A stretch of 62,822 nt of DNA, filler included, from Sanchytrium tribonematis (GCA_018985235.1; 5 parts of 5 records of this genome joined end to end with filler, not necessarily neighbours in it); one strand, 5' to 3'; numbered from the whole stretch's first letter, positions 8,736 through 19,496 are shown. Notes: a model not told the origin generated them from the letters alone. A program made the numbers and translations.

Positions 8736-11294
8736 TTATTCAAAAAGCTTAGGACACTCTTTCCAATCTTGTTCTTCTCGTCTTTTCCAATAATCACCAG
8801 TAAATGTCCATTCCATCTGCCCAGTTAGTTTATTTTGCTCCAATTTAAACCATTTTGGTGAATAGGTACCATTGGACTCCTCCAATTGCTTTCTTCTAGC
8901 TCGTTGAAGCTCCTCGAGACGTTGCTTCTCCAAATTTGCATCGTCATACCTTCCTTCTTCCATGGCTCTTTGATCTGGCCGCCAGCGGCAATCTGTAGGA
9001 CAAAGAAAAGGTTTCAACTCTTCGTTGAGTTCGTTCAATTTGATTGCAAATGGAGTTAAATTAAAATCTGCGCTACTTTGCTCAGAATTGTGATACTTCC
9101 AAATTGTAGTGGATTTGCCAGTTAAATTATCATGATAGATCATGCTATCATTCCATTGTCCATCAAATGTTCCTATCAGATTATCATTTTGGTAAAATTC
9201 CCCAGTGACTTTCATGTAGCCCTGCATTCTCCATCCTGCACCATGATAGTGAAGAATTACTTTTTTGTTGGAATTAAATTCGGTAATCTCCATATCGCCC
9301 GTGTGATCAATGTACATTTTCCCTAAAAGCAAATTATTCACTGATGTGGTCACTTTTTGATAAGTAAATTCCTTTACGATGCTTCCATTTTGAAGCTTAA
9401 TGCGATTCCATCCCTTGGGGACAATATTTAGACTTGTACCTCCAAATTGACTCAAAACTTCAATTGTACCAGCAAATTCCCAAGAAACGTCACTAGACAC
9501 TGAATTTGAAAGATGACAAGCGCTAATGGGAGGATGATGACTCACTTGTTCGCTAACAAAAGAATAGTTTTGGCAATACTCAAACGTTTCTCCCAAAAGT
9601 GGATTAAATGGCTTTCCAAGCCTTCCAACAGTGCTTGCATATCCAGAAAGTGCATAGGCAGCTATATAAACAATCGAATCAATTCCTTCGTTTGACTTGA
9701 TTACGTTTGCAGCTTGGTCGAGTAAATTGACATACTCAATTTCCTCGCAAGTTCTCTGCAGCAAGCTTATAGGTTCGTTAAAAAACACAGGCAAAGTTAT
9801 TCGCGTCAAATCTTGCCCTATGGCATCCTTTAAAAGTTTAATGATTGAATACTTGATGGGTTTGTGAGTAATTGGTAAATGTGCCCTAGGGAACGCAGGA
9901 TAGCCTGAAACGGCCACCAAATGCGAATTTGCATCAAAAAATTCATCATCGGATGACACATCAGAATCCGGATTCGACTGCAGAGTTTCTGACGATTTTG
10001 CATCAAAATTTTGAGAATCTTGAAAATCCTTGATCTCTGTAATCTTCCTAGATAAGGAATCTGATGGCATTAAAGGTGTCAAATGATTCATTCTTTCTCT
10101 TTCAAGTTCGCTTGAGTTGTAATGATGCCTTTGCTCATACGCGTCTATTAAATTTTTAAGGCTTGACTCTAGTTGGCTTAATATTTGAGCATATTTGCTA
10201 TCATTATTTGTTTTCAATAATAAAATATAATGTTCCACTTGTGCCTGATAGTTGGAGATGGCCATCGTTATTTTGGAGATATCATTGACTTCGACCTTTT
10301 CGTTTGTATTATGATCCTTAACATTTGAAATTTCGCTAGAAGCCAGCTCATCCTTGGCAATTTTTTGAGCATGAAGAATATGAAGCACCCATTTTTGGGC
10401 CTCACTTGGGTATTCTGCCTTGAGATGCCATTTTACACGCTTAGTTGAAATGGTAAATTTTCTGACATCATGTACATCAGGGACACATTTAATATTAATA
10501 AGAGGAAATTTCCCGCGAATGTGATTATGCGACTTGTTTTTCTTATAGTAAATCATATCGTTGTGAAGTATAAGCCATCTAGGTTGATAACCGGTAGCTA
10601 AATTGACGTATTTGAGAACGACACCACTTGTATTGAGTTGAGGTGATAGTTTTGGAACAATTTCCATTTGTTTTTTTAATAAAGCTGCCATTTCTTTGTC
10701 TGTCGTTGAGTTTTTCAGCAAGTCAATTGGTAACAAGCCTTGGTCATTTCGAATCAGAGGGTCGCAAAATGGCAATATGTGTTGCAGAATTGGAACTTGA
10801 TGATTGATAATACATACGTGTAGTAAGGTTTGTCCTTTGTAAATTTGATTAAAATCAAAAGAAGCGATACATTTGGGGGTTAGCAGCTGCTTCACCTGAT
10901 GAAGTTGTCCCATTTGAATGTAGCTATGGAACTGTTGAATGACATGGAGTTGAAATGCATTCTGCTGATTTAATATAGATTGTTTAATAGTGATTCCAAG
11001 TACAGAATCATCACAATAATCAATAGCCAACCTTGTTTCTACATTTCGAAGTGCGTCATGAATATCGAAATTGTATAAGTGAGGTATAATATTTAACTTT
11101 TTCTGCATAACGGCTAAATGTAGTAAACTATTTCCTTTTTCATCCTGATCGTTCACATGATCTGAAAACTGCTTTAGCATTTGGATAAATTTATCTTGTG
11201 TACAAAGCACAAGTGCTAGGTGTAATAAGTTTGGCTGATAATCTGTAATAGGTTGATTATCCTTCAGCTTCTGAGTTAAGATAAATGAATCCAT
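8736..11294 (-). CDS. Oxysterol-binding protein homolog with ankyrin, PH, FFAT and ORD domains (Osh1/Osh2-like)
   Basis: Ankyrin repeats, PH (KYVNLATGYQPRW), FFAT DDEFFDA, KPFNPLLGETFE, EQVSHHPP, PTDCRWRPDQ. Confidence 0.95.
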   Translation of the reverse strand: MDSFILTQKLKDNQPITDYQPNLLHLALVLCTQDKFIQMLKQFSDHVNDQDEKGNSLLHLAVMQKKLNIIPHLYNFDIHDALRNVETRLAIDYCDDSVLGITIKQSILNQQNAFQLHVIQQFHSYIQMGQLHQVKQLLTPKCIASFDFNQIYKGQTLLHVCIINHQVPILQHILPFCDPLIRNDQGLLPIDLLKNSTTDKEMAALLKKQMEIVPKLSPQLNTSGVVLKYVNLATGYQPRWLILHNDMIYYKKNKSHNHIRGKFPLINIKCVPDVHDVRKFTISTKRVKWHLKAEYPSEAQKWVLHILHAQKIAKDELASSEISNVKDHNTNEKVEVNDISKITMAISNYQAQVEHYILLLKTNNDSKYAQILSQLESSLKNLIDAYEQRHHYNSSELERERMNHLTPLMPSDSLSRKITEIKDFQDSQNFDAKSSETLQSNPDSDVSSDDEFFDANSHLVAVSGYPAFPRAHLPITHKPIKYSIIKLLKDAIGQDLTRITLPVFFNEPISLLQRTCEEIEYVNLLDQAANVIKSNEGIDSIVYIAAYALSGYASTVGRLGKPFNPLLGETFEYCQNYSFVSEQVSHHPPISACHLSNSVSSDVSWEFAGTIEVLSQFGGTSLNIVPKGWNRIKLQNGSIVKEFTYQKVTTSVNNLLLGKMYIDHTGDMEITEFNSNKKVILHYHGAGWRMQGYMKVTGEFYQNDNLIGTFDGQWNDSMIYHDNLTGKSTTIWKYHNSEQSSADFNLTPFAIKLNELNEELKPFLCPTDCRWRPDQRAMEEGRYDDANLEKQRLEELQRARRKQLEESNGTYSPKWFKLEQNKLTGQMEWTFTGDYWKRREEQDWKECPKLFE

Positions 11295-11316
11295 AATATA
11301 AAACAGGGGAAAATAA

Positions 11317-12183
11317 TCAGGATTTATTTGGTAATGGCGGAGCCAAGTCGGAACTGAGATTCCTTCGAAGAGACTCTACTATTTCCACATAATCTTGGTC
11401 TGAATCCGGAGTTACTATGCCATGGCGAATTAAAAAATCAATAACTACAAGAGCACAGTTTGGTTTGAATTGGTCAGTCAAAATAAGATCTTGAACTTTC
11501 TCTATTGGCAAAAGCATGAATTCTTCTACCTCTCCATCGTTTGGCCTGGGATTGAAACTAATTGGAAGCTCAAGATCATAGCAATATTGTGTTTCTGGAC
11601 AATATCCTAAGTCTCCAAGTAGAAAATAAGAGATTAACCCTACCGAAGTTGCTCTTTCAGCTAAAGATTGCGGGATACTAGCTTCCTCTTCGCACTCTCG
11701 TAAGACAGCATCCTTAATTTTTTGGCCAGATGGAATTCCTCCTGCCGCTACCTGATCCATGAACCCTGGCCATGTTTGTTTATTTTTCGACCTTTTCGCA
11801 ACCCACATCTTGATGCAGCCATCCTCAACCATATAGCCATTAATGTGTACTCCATAAGTTCGAAGTCCAAATAACCCACTTCCACTTCTTTCTATTGTAC
11901 CAAGAAATTTTTGTCTTGAGTAAATCGGATATAGTTCGTTCCTCCACCCTTTGAGGCAAAGAAACGCTTCATCATTTCTCCATTTATCGAGTAATTGATT
12001 TAATAGCCTAATATCTTGTAAAATAATTTTGTCTGACAATATTTCTAAAGGGAGGTCCTTTTCTCTTTTTAACATTTCTACAACTTCAGGAAGGCAGTAG
12101 CCAATCTTTTCACTTTTAAACCATAAGGGGAGGGTTCCGATCTGAAATTTGGTTATGTTGCATGATTGTATGATTCTCAACAT
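11317..12183 (-). CDS. Nudix hydrolase, YJR142W/NUDT20-like (thiamine-pyrophosphokinase-related)
   Basis: GWRNELY, ERS...FG..TYGVHINGY, RECEEEA, P.DGEVE.F, FKPNC..V.IDFLIRHG. Confidence 0.9.
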   Translation of the reverse strand: MLRIIQSCNITKFQIGTLPLWFKSEKIGYCLPEVVEMLKREKDLPLEILSDKIILQDIRLLNQLLDKWRNDEAFLCLKGWRNELYPIYSRQKFLGTIERSGSGLFGLRTYGVHINGYMVEDGCIKMWVAKRSKNKQTWPGFMDQVAAGGIPSGQKIKDAVLRECEEEASIPQSLAERATSVGLISYFLLGDLGYCPETQYCYDLELPISFNPRPNDGEVEEFMLLPIEKVQDLILTDQFKPNCALVVIDFLIRHGIVTPDSDQDYVEIVESLRRNLSSDLAPPLPNKS

Positions 12184-12211
12184 TGAAAATCAAGGGGTCT
12201 GAAGCTGATAC

Positions 12212-12469
12212 ATGACAAATGAAGATATTACACCGACTCCAAAAGGGAGGTCGTTGCGTAGACACAAGACACCAAAAGCTGCTAGAAAAGAACCCTTCGA
12301 AGATGAAGGATTTTCGGAGATCGAAAATGTAAAATTTTTTGATTTTATAACTAGTTTAATTTTAATTACAGCTGTAGTGTTTGGATGGTATATTATCATT
12401 AAATTCATCAATTTATGGGATATAGATATCATCGAATACTTCACAACTAGCACTTTGGAAAATCACTAG
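12212..12469 (+). CDS. Small hypothetical single-pass membrane protein
   Basis: 85-aa ORF with one hydrophobic helix filling the space divergent from the Nudix gene; no family recognised. Confidence 0.5.
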   Translation: MTNEDITPTPKGRSLRRHKTPKAARKEPFEDEGFSEIENVKFFDFITSLILITAVVFGWYIIIKFINLWDIDIIEYFTTSTLENH

Positions 12470-12556
12470 AATTTTTCTCACTATAATATGATGATACCCA
12501 CATTCCGAAAAAAATTAATAAAATTAATCCAAAATGTTTTCTTTTTTCAGCAGATC

Positions 12557-12656
12557 NNNNNNNNNNNNNNNNNNNNNNNNNNNNNNNNNNNNNNNNNNNN
12601 TTAATTAATTAANNNNNNNNNNNNNNNNNNNNNNNNNNNNNNNNNNNNNNNNNNNN
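12557..12656. other. Artificial contig spacer N44-TTAATTAATTAA-N44
   Basis: Identical 100-nt spacer with a six-frame stop linker, repeated four times in the window. Confidence 0.97.
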
Positions 12657-12782
12657 CTGAGTCAGATATAGATGGAGATGGTAAGCTTTCATATGCAGAA
12701 TTTGAGCATGTCATTCAGAGGTCTCCAAATTTTAGGAAGTAACTTTATTTAATTCAGCACTTTTACAATAAGACTCGTGTAA
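12657..12782 (+). CDS. CIB-family (calcium- and integrin-binding-like) EF-hand protein, 3' end only, join(<12657..12738,12758..12782)
   Basis: Not in ORF track; spliced translation ESDIDGDGKLSYAEFEHVIQRSPNFRNTFTIRLV* is an EF-hand plus CIB-type tail. Confidence 0.8.
12739..12757 (+). other. 19-nt spliceosomal intron, phase 2 (GTAACTTTATTTAATTCAG)
   Basis: Contains in-frame TAA; removal yields the CIB-type C-terminus SPNFRNTFTIRL. Confidence 0.82.
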
Positions 12783-12787
12783 ATAAA

Positions 12788-13494
12788 TCAGTTCATGTTA
12801 ATTTTTTTAAACGACAATGCTTTATAGTTTTCATAAAGAGAGTCTATAAACTCATGGTCCTAAATTAATAACATAGCACCTGTAATATCCGGATCAATTC
12901 GCTTTCGAAGGAATATCGATCAAGTGGATTATAGTAATTTACCATGTATTCTGCCACATTAGATTTGACCACCTTTTGAATCTTTTCAGGCTCTGTTTCT
13001 AGTTCGACTTGTACTTTCGATTTTGCTCGTTGTAAAAGATCCATCAAAACATTACTGTTATCAGATCGATCTTCAAAGCCGGGAGGCCTATCCATTTCTG
13101 GTGTGGGTGGGTTCTCTGCCATTGTAATACCTTTCTGGGTGAACGAATACATCGTTTCTCTTTCTATGGAGTCGTGAATCCAAATTCCATATATTTTTTC
13201 TTTATCTTGAATCATAATATAGGGATCTTTATAGGTTACAACACAGTTTAAAAGTTCCATTTCAAAGTTTTCTAGATCCAATCTATTGAGCAAAAATAAA
13301 CCCGTATAGGAAATCTGACTTTTTCTGTATATAAACATTGGTCCTTCAATATTTAATTTTGACCACTGATTCTCATCTGTCATAAATTCATAAAGTACGG
13401 CATGTGATGCAGTATTCAAAATAGAAAGTATTTGTGCATTGAGACGCTTCAGAACACGCAAATTGATTTGGTATCGCAAATTGGGATGGACCAT
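12788..13494 (-). CDS. DCP1: mRNA decapping factor Dcp1, join(13494..12880,12859..12788)
   Basis: INLRVLKR, ASHAVLYEF, WSKLNIEGPMFIY, LNRL, IYGIW EVH1 domain; spliced tail LIRILQ|DHEFIDSLYENY resembles the Dcp1 C-terminal trimerisation helix. Confidence 0.9.
12860..12879 (-). other. 20-nt spliceosomal intron, phase 0 (GTGCTATGTTATTAATTTAG)
   Basis: CAG|GT donor, same TAATTTAG 3' end as the 19-nt class, in-frame TAA inside; removal restores the D..F+..LY..Y helix. Confidence 0.78.
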
Positions 13495-13535
13495 TGAGAA
13501 TTAGTTTCAAAAAAAGAAAGCCAAAAACGGCCAAA

Positions 13536-13766
13536 ATGAGTTCAAATAGTATTTTGGTCATTGAGAAAAAGAGAGAACTGAGCGAGCTGAAAAAGGAATA
13601 CGAGAATTATTTAACATATCAACAGCTGATTATTCAAAATCAAAAAATAGAAAAAGAAATGCAACAAGTAACAAATCAACTATATGACGAGAAAAAGAAG
13701 TTAAGAAAATTAAAAGAAAAAGTCAATGAAGAATCCGCCAAAATTGCAGCAAGTTGTGGTCAATAA
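13536..13766 (+). CDS. Small coiled-coil hypothetical protein
   Basis: ATG at 13536, E/K/Q-rich heptads, stop inside AATAAA. Confidence 0.5.
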   Translation: MSSNSILVIEKKRELSELKKEYENYLTYQQLIIQNQKIEKEMQQVTNQLYDEKKKLRKLKEKVNEESAKIAASCGQ

Positions 13767-13799
13767 ACTATTTAGTATTATAAAACCTCAATCTTGGCA

Positions 13800-14267
13800 A
13801 TGGATGTCACTGTAAAGAAGAAATTGAAGACTATTCTAGTCAATGATAAAGGTTGCATATTTCAAGTAACCACAAGAGTCTCTAGTGGCTTGAATTTTCA
13901 AACTAATGTAGTAATTGACTTGATAGCAAATAATCAATTTTTTTATGAAGATGAATTGTGCAATATTAGAATTTCTAAAAAACCTTATCTGCTAAGCAAC
14001 AGACTTGTGGTTTACAATAAGGGTAAAAAATGTCGAGTGTCTATGTTCAAATTTATAGTTGACATTTCAGAAAATAGCCATAATTTTACCGAGCTTTTTT
14101 TCAAAAAAGGAGACGAGTCAGCAGAATTTTCACAAAGCACTGAATTGGAACTCAGCCTAGATTTGACTTTAAACCAATGCAGAGATGACGCGGAGTTGCC
14201 ATGGTGGAAATACGCTTGGGAGATGTTAAAATCTCCAATTGTATCGAAACAAGAGTTAATTGAATAA
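13800..14267 (+). CDS. Hypothetical protein
   Basis: 155-aa ORF from ATG 13800; stop inside AATAAA; no family recognised. Confidence 0.5.
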   Translation: MDVTVKKKLKTILVNDKGCIFQVTTRVSSGLNFQTNVVIDLIANNQFFYEDELCNIRISKKPYLLSNRLVVYNKGKKCRVSMFKFIVDISENSHNFTELFFKKGDESAEFSQSTELELSLDLTLNQCRDDAELPWWKYAWEMLKSPIVSKQELIE

Positions 14268-14365
14268 AAGATATGACTCTAACTTTTGCCTAACTTAACC
14301 TCAGGGCGCAACCGTAGAATTACGCTTCCAATTTAGGATTTTCTTTACTCAAAACATCGAAAAAT

Positions 14366-14677
14366 ATGGGAGTATTACATCTTGGTGAAAACGAACAAAA
14401 AGTTTATGAGTCTGTGATTGAAGCTGTCATTGAAGACTTAGTTCATTCTATAGTGAAAGAAAAAAGAAGAAAATGCTCCAAATGTGGAACGCCTTGTCAC
14501 TTGCATCAATTTAAGTTGGCATCAGGAGGAAATGAGAGATTTTCTTGCCCAAGTTGCTACAGGACATTCGTGAGCACAAGATTCGCTCAGCATTTAGAAA
14601 AGTGTCTCGGCCTGGCTGCCAGTAAGCCGAGGAAGAAGAAAGACTCGCAATCTCCAAGTAAATCAACAACTGCGTAA
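14366..14677 (+). CDS. SGF11: SAGA deubiquitination module subunit Sgf11
   Basis: CPSCYRTFVSTRFAQHLEKCLG zinc finger. Confidence 0.9.
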   Translation: MGVLHLGENEQKVYESVIEAVIEDLVHSIVKEKRRKCSKCGTPCHLHQFKLASGGNERFSCPSCYRTFVSTRFAQHLEKCLGLAASKPRKKKDSQSPSKSTTA

Positions 14678-15112
14678 TTATAATTTATTTTCTAACTCTA
14701 ACTTTATATTTCGAAGAATGTCTTTATCCGTGTCGTAAGTTAAAGAATTTATGGCTTCGTCAAATGGCAAAAATTTGTATTCTAATATTTCAGATTCTTG
14801 AACTTTCAATTTGGACTCATCTTCAATTATCCCACAAAAAAATATATTGGTCTTATCGATTGTGTCATTTTTTCTTCGAAATTGATAGTGATTTTCAAAT
14901 GTCTTCTGGCTAAATAGAAAGCTTTTTATCTTCAAATTCGTTTCTTCATGCAATTCTCTTTTTGCTGTATTTATGTGCCCTCCATCGCTTTCCTCAATAT
15001 GGCCCTTACAAAGCGTCCAATGGTTTCCACTGGACTGCTTTATTATCAAAACTTGAAAGCAATCTTGCTTTTTTAAAAGTGCCACAATCCCACATGAAAT
15101 TTCTCTACGCAT
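14678..15112 (-). CDS. Nudix hydrolase, Ap4A-hydrolase (NUDT2)-like
   Basis: SCGIV, HWTLCKGHIE...AKRELHEET Nudix box. Confidence 0.85.
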   Translation of the reverse strand: MRREISCGIVALLKKQDCFQVLIIKQSSGNHWTLCKGHIEESDGGHINTAKRELHEETNLKIKSFLFSQKTFENHYQFRRKNDTIDKTNIFFCGIIEDESKLKVQESEILEYKFLPFDEAINSLTYDTDKDILRNIKLELENKL

Positions 15113-15133
15113 TTTGAGTTGAAACTCCCCAAG

Positions 15134-17300
15134 ATGTCTCTTGAAGATTTGACAGCCCCATTGTTATCTCCAAGCCTCAATGACAAGCCTAAAATAGAGC
15201 CATTTAATTCAAAAAGAAAAAATACCATTCAGAAGTTTAAAGGCTTGATTTCGATAATGTTTGGCAAGATTGAAATTGGTATTTTGATTTTGCATTCACT
15301 CTTATTAATATATAGATCTATATTGTCAGTTCAGGTTGCCCAACTTGATGGCTACATCGCAAATTATTTAATTAATCGTAAACTCAACAAATTTCTAGTT
15401 CACATTGGTTATTGGATGATTCTAAGTATCCCTGCAACTTTAACAAATTCGCTGCTCAACTATTTCCAAAACTACTTATCGTTGAGACTAAGAAATAATT
15501 TGACTCATCACATCCACAGCGTATATTTAAAAGATAAACTATTCTACAAAGTTTCTAATCTGGATGATAGAATTAAGAATGTTGATCAGCTAATAACGCA
15601 AGATGTCCTGCTTTTTACAAATCAAATAACAATGGTTTATAGTAATATTTTGAAGCCAGTTTTTGATGTCATAATGTACATGAGGCAATTAAGTTTAAGA
15701 GTTGGGCGGAATAGTGTGCTAGGTATTTTCGGCTGGGTTAATGCAACCTCAGTTATTCTGTATGCAATATCACCGGCATTTGGGTACTTGGTGAAGAAGG
15801 AGCAAATGCTAGAAGGAGAGTACCGTTATACTCATGCGAGATTAATCGAAAATCATGAGGAAATCGCATTGTTTTCTGGATATTATCAAGAAAGAAACAT
15901 ATTAATACGGTCATTTCAACAGCTAATGAAGCATGTCAAAACTATTTACTATAAAAGACTATTCTACACAAGTTTTGAGGAATTCATCATTAAGTATCTA
16001 TGGGGATGTGCTGGACTCATTATGTGTGGTTATCCGGTTTTTGAAAAGCAAATCAATTTTTTCATTCAATTGTTCTCTACCCAATTTAAAACCAACGGCT
16101 TTGCAGGAATTTGGAACGTATTAGGAAATGTGTCACAATTATCAAAATATATGAAAGACAGCAAACAGGGCAAAACTAGAGAGGCTCAAATGGAGATGGT
16201 AGCAAATAGAATGGAGCAATTTACTACAAACAGGCGTCTACTAATGAATGCAAGTGATGCCTTTGGAAGGATTCTGTATAGCTTTAAAGATGTTGCTGAA
16301 CTTAAAGGCTACACTGAACGCGTTCATGAACTAGTGAATGTTTTGGATGATGTAAGCAGAGGTCAGACAGTAAAACAGCTTGTTGGAGGTGACACTCTGA
16401 CAATTGCCAAGAGGAAGCTTTATCTGAGCAGCAGCGACAATTTGCAAAATACTCAACGGGACATTTCTAAATTTGATATTTTGAGAAATCGGGGTACTAT
16501 CAAAGACTCTGAGTATATTCAATTTGACCAGGTCCCTGTAATTTCACCTAATGGTGATGTTTTGCTTCGGTCCTTGAGCTGTTTTATAAAGAGTGGAACA
16601 CATGTTTTAATTATAGGACCAAACGGATGTGGAAAGTCGAGTTTATTTAGAATTTTAGGTGGTCTCTGGCCAGTATACGGAGGAGTTTTGTATAAACCTA
16701 CGGCTCAAGCCTTTTTTTATATTCCCCAACGTCCTTATCTTTCTGCTGGTACTTTCAGAGACCAAATAATTTATCCCCATACTCAAGCTGATATGAAGGA
16801 ATGTACTTTTCTTTAATTTAGTTGGTAAAACTGACACCGATTTGTATAATATTTTAAAAGTTCTCCAAATCGAAGGGTTAGCTGATAAGGAAAAATGGGA
16901 TACTGAAAAAGACTGGAAAGATGTTCTTAGTGGTGGTGATAAACAAAGGATAGCAGCAGCTCGTTTATTTTATCACAGTCCGAAGTTTGCTATTTTAGAC
17001 GAATGTACGAGCGCAGTATCAATGGACGTTGAGAGAATCATATACACTCATGCTAAGAAACTTGGCATAACATTGATGACTGTGAGTCATAGATCTTCGC
17101 TTTGGAAATACCATAATTATGTTTTGCAATATGATGGTAGTGGTGGTTATGTATTTTGTGAGTTGGATGCTGAAAAGAGACTTGCACTTCAGGAAGAAAA
17201 ACAATCAATAGAGCATCAGTTAGCAGGAATTCCAAAAATTGAACAACGTCTTCTTGAATTAACGCAAATGCTTCATGAAAGAAGAAATTCTCCAGTCTAA
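15134..17300 (+). CDS. Peroxisomal ABCD half transporter (Pxa1/Pxa2-like), join(15134..16802,16822..17300)
   Basis: [18 protein letters not shown]...EEIA, Walker [34 protein letters not shown]; the two ORFs are joined by a 19-nt intron. Confidence 0.95.
16803..16821 (+). other. 19-nt spliceosomal intron, phase 1 (GTACTTTTCTTTAATTTAG)
   Basis: In-frame TAA inside; removal gives [21 protein letters not shown] and joins the two halves of the NBD. Confidence 0.92.
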
Positions 17301-17301
17301 T

Positions 17302-19467
17302 TTACTTAATAAAATTAATCATTGCGGACATAAGCTGGACGCAAGCATTCGAGATTCTTTTTTCCAAGACTTTCGGCCGAATCCAATCATCCAAGTCGCT
17401 AAATTGTGACTGAGATGTTCCAGGGATATCTGTAAGCAAACGGGCAGAGTCATTTAAGACCAGATTGATAGTAAGTTTATAATTGTGCTCTTGTTCACTT
17501 AAAACCGACAAAATAGCTTTTTGAGGCGAAAAAGGTATATGCCGAGCTTGCAATTTGGACAAGCATTCTAGGGATGGATAACCATTAAAACTACTGTTTT
17601 TGCAAAGTTTCATTTCTTTAGTATCACGAAGTTCCAAATCATATTCAGCAGAAGTGTCCATGACTTCTCTAAGTTTGAGAGTCCTATTAACAATTCTTTC
17701 AATTTTCGAGACTTTAAATAGCTCACTTTGTACGAATGATACTTCATTCATTTCAGAAGTACTGAAATAATAAATGCTATTAACAAATTGTTCATAGAAC
17801 GCTTTGTCAAAATGATCAATTGGCTCCTTTCTATCTGATGCTATTTTTACAAAATAACTGAGATGAGGGACTTCTTGATTTTCCAAGTTAAATCGAAAGG
17901 CACATTCTGTCCAATCTCGCATAAAAATCTCAAATTTAACCGGCACAAAACCTCCATCATCTAGCTTTTTTGACAAAAGCACTTGTATTTTGAGATCTCT
18001 ACTCTTAAAATTATCGCGGCCATAGAATAGAAGAATGACTTCCTTTTCAATGCTGTTTTTTATAAAGCGTATGGTGGGAACGCTGCTAAGTTTCTCAATT
18101 TGCTTATATTTAAATTGGCCATTCTTGAAAAGTCCAGGGTTTCCGACTCGTCGAACGTGATACCCTAGATAAATTGGATCTTTTGATTCGCCTTCGCTGC
18201 GGAGCACTAATTCAATTTTGGCTTGAATCTTTCCAGGAAAATAAGTCAAATGTTTAAGTTGTTTTCTTAAAGAGGTCATGGCTTCGCTTTCAAGAAGTAG
18301 GCATTTAAATATTGCCTTAGAATATTTATCCAATGACATGTCAAAGTCATTTGAAAATGTAACTTGATTGTTACATCGAGACAAGTCATCCAGAAAAACC
18401 CCGTCTCCGATATTTTTTAAATAATGGAATGCTTCAAGATTTTCCGAATTTCGAGTTTTCAAATACGGTTCAGATTTAGAAGAAACATTAATTTGACTAA
18501 ATGCTAAGTCATTGAATTGCAGCAAATTTTTATAAAATTTGGTAAATTGGTTTAGACCTTCAGGAGTTTTGCAAGTTAGAGTATGAAAATTCAGTATTTT
18601 GTTTTTCTGCAGGTACAGCAATTTTGAGACAGGGTCTGATGGAAATCCAATCTCTGAACCTTTAGATTCATCTTCCTCATCACTACTTGCGTCACTATCA
18701 ACGTCCATATCAACCGCAACGTCCAATTGAACATTTGCTAGATTGAGATTCAATACAAAGGAACATTTATCTTCACCTTCTGTCTTATAACATTTCAAAA
18801 TATTGACGATGTCATTTGATATGGCTATTTCTTCCATGAAAAAATCCATATAAGGAAAAACTTCGTTCTTCGTAAAACCGTAATTGTATAGGCCCTTGTT
18901 CTTCTCGTACTCTATTTGTTTAAACATGTAAATAAGAAAATCCACGAGTCGCCTTGTAGCACCTTCCTTTTGCGGCAAATCGTAAGTTATTTCGAAAGTA
19001 GAATCGAGAGGAATTACCACAACCCCCCCTATATTTTGACAAATAAGCAATGAAAAAAACCGCATAATTTGAATGTAATTATCTTTAGATAATTCTCCAT
19101 GACCAGTGGCTGGGTAATAATTTGATTTATACAACAATTTTTTGATTTGAATATTTTTTTGTGGTTCTGGGTGTTTTTCCTTTTCAAAATAAATAATTTT
19201 GTAATCTCTCCAAAATTTTCTGAGTTTGCCGCAGCAATATAGCAAGAGCTCATCGCACTTATGCAGCCGAAATGAATCTGCATACGCTGTGTGGTCAAAT
19301 TTATCATTTGTTTCCTTCGTTCTTTCGTTGCCATTTTCGAGAGACTGAATTAAATGGTCAAATCTTTTTCTGTATATTCGATTCGAAGACATCTCCGGCT
19401 TAATTATGGCTGCTGTTGGCAAATTATTCTCGTGCTCCCGATTAAATAAATTGGGCTCTTTTGGCAT
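17302..19467 (-). CDS. Hypothetical protein (721 aa)
   Basis: Long ORF with upstream TTTCCCC motif; no recognisable domain. Confidence 0.75.
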   Translation of the reverse strand: MPKEPNLFNREHENNLPTAAIIKPEMSSNRIYRKRFDHLIQSLENGNERTKETNDKFDHTAYADSFRLHKCDELLLYCCGKLRKFWRDYKIIYFEKEKHPEPQKNIQIKKLLYKSNYYPATGHGELSKDNYIQIMRFFSLLICQNIGGVVVIPLDSTFEITYDLPQKEGATRRLVDFLIYMFKQIEYEKNKGLYNYGFTKNEVFPYMDFFMEEIAISNDIVNILKCYKTEGEDKCSFVLNLNLANVQLDVAVDMDVDSDASSDEEDESKGSEIGFPSDPVSKLLYLQKNKILNFHTLTCKTPEGLNQFTKFYKNLLQFNDLAFSQINVSSKSEPYLKTRNSENLEAFHYLKNIGDGVFLDDLSRCNNQVTFSNDFDMSLDKYSKAIFKCLLLESEAMTSLRKQLKHLTYFPGKIQAKIELVLRSEGESKDPIYLGYHVRRVGNPGLFKNGQFKYKQIEKLSSVPTIRFIKNSIEKEVILLFYGRDNFKSRDLKIQVLLSKKLDDGGFVPVKFEIFMRDWTECAFRFNLENQEVPHLSYFVKIASDRKEPIDHFDKAFYEQFVNSIYYFSTSEMNEVSFVQSELFKVSKIERIVNRTLKLREVMDTSAEYDLELRDTKEMKLCKNSSFNGYPSLECLSKLQARHIPFSPQKAILSVLSEQEHNYKLTINLVLNDSARLLTDIPGTSQSQFSDLDDWIRPKVLEKRISNACVQLMSAMINFIK

Positions 19468-19496
19468 TGAAATTTAAGAGGGGAAAAGCTATAAAT

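Noticed and set aside
12601..12612. TTAATTAATTAA palindrome repeated four times
   Set aside because: Artificial six-frame stop linker inside N spacers
13753..13775. Intron joining ORFs 13536-13766 and 13800-14267
   Set aside because: All candidate GT donors are phase 1 while the AG at 13775 needs phase 0; the first ORF ends in an AATAAA-embedded stop
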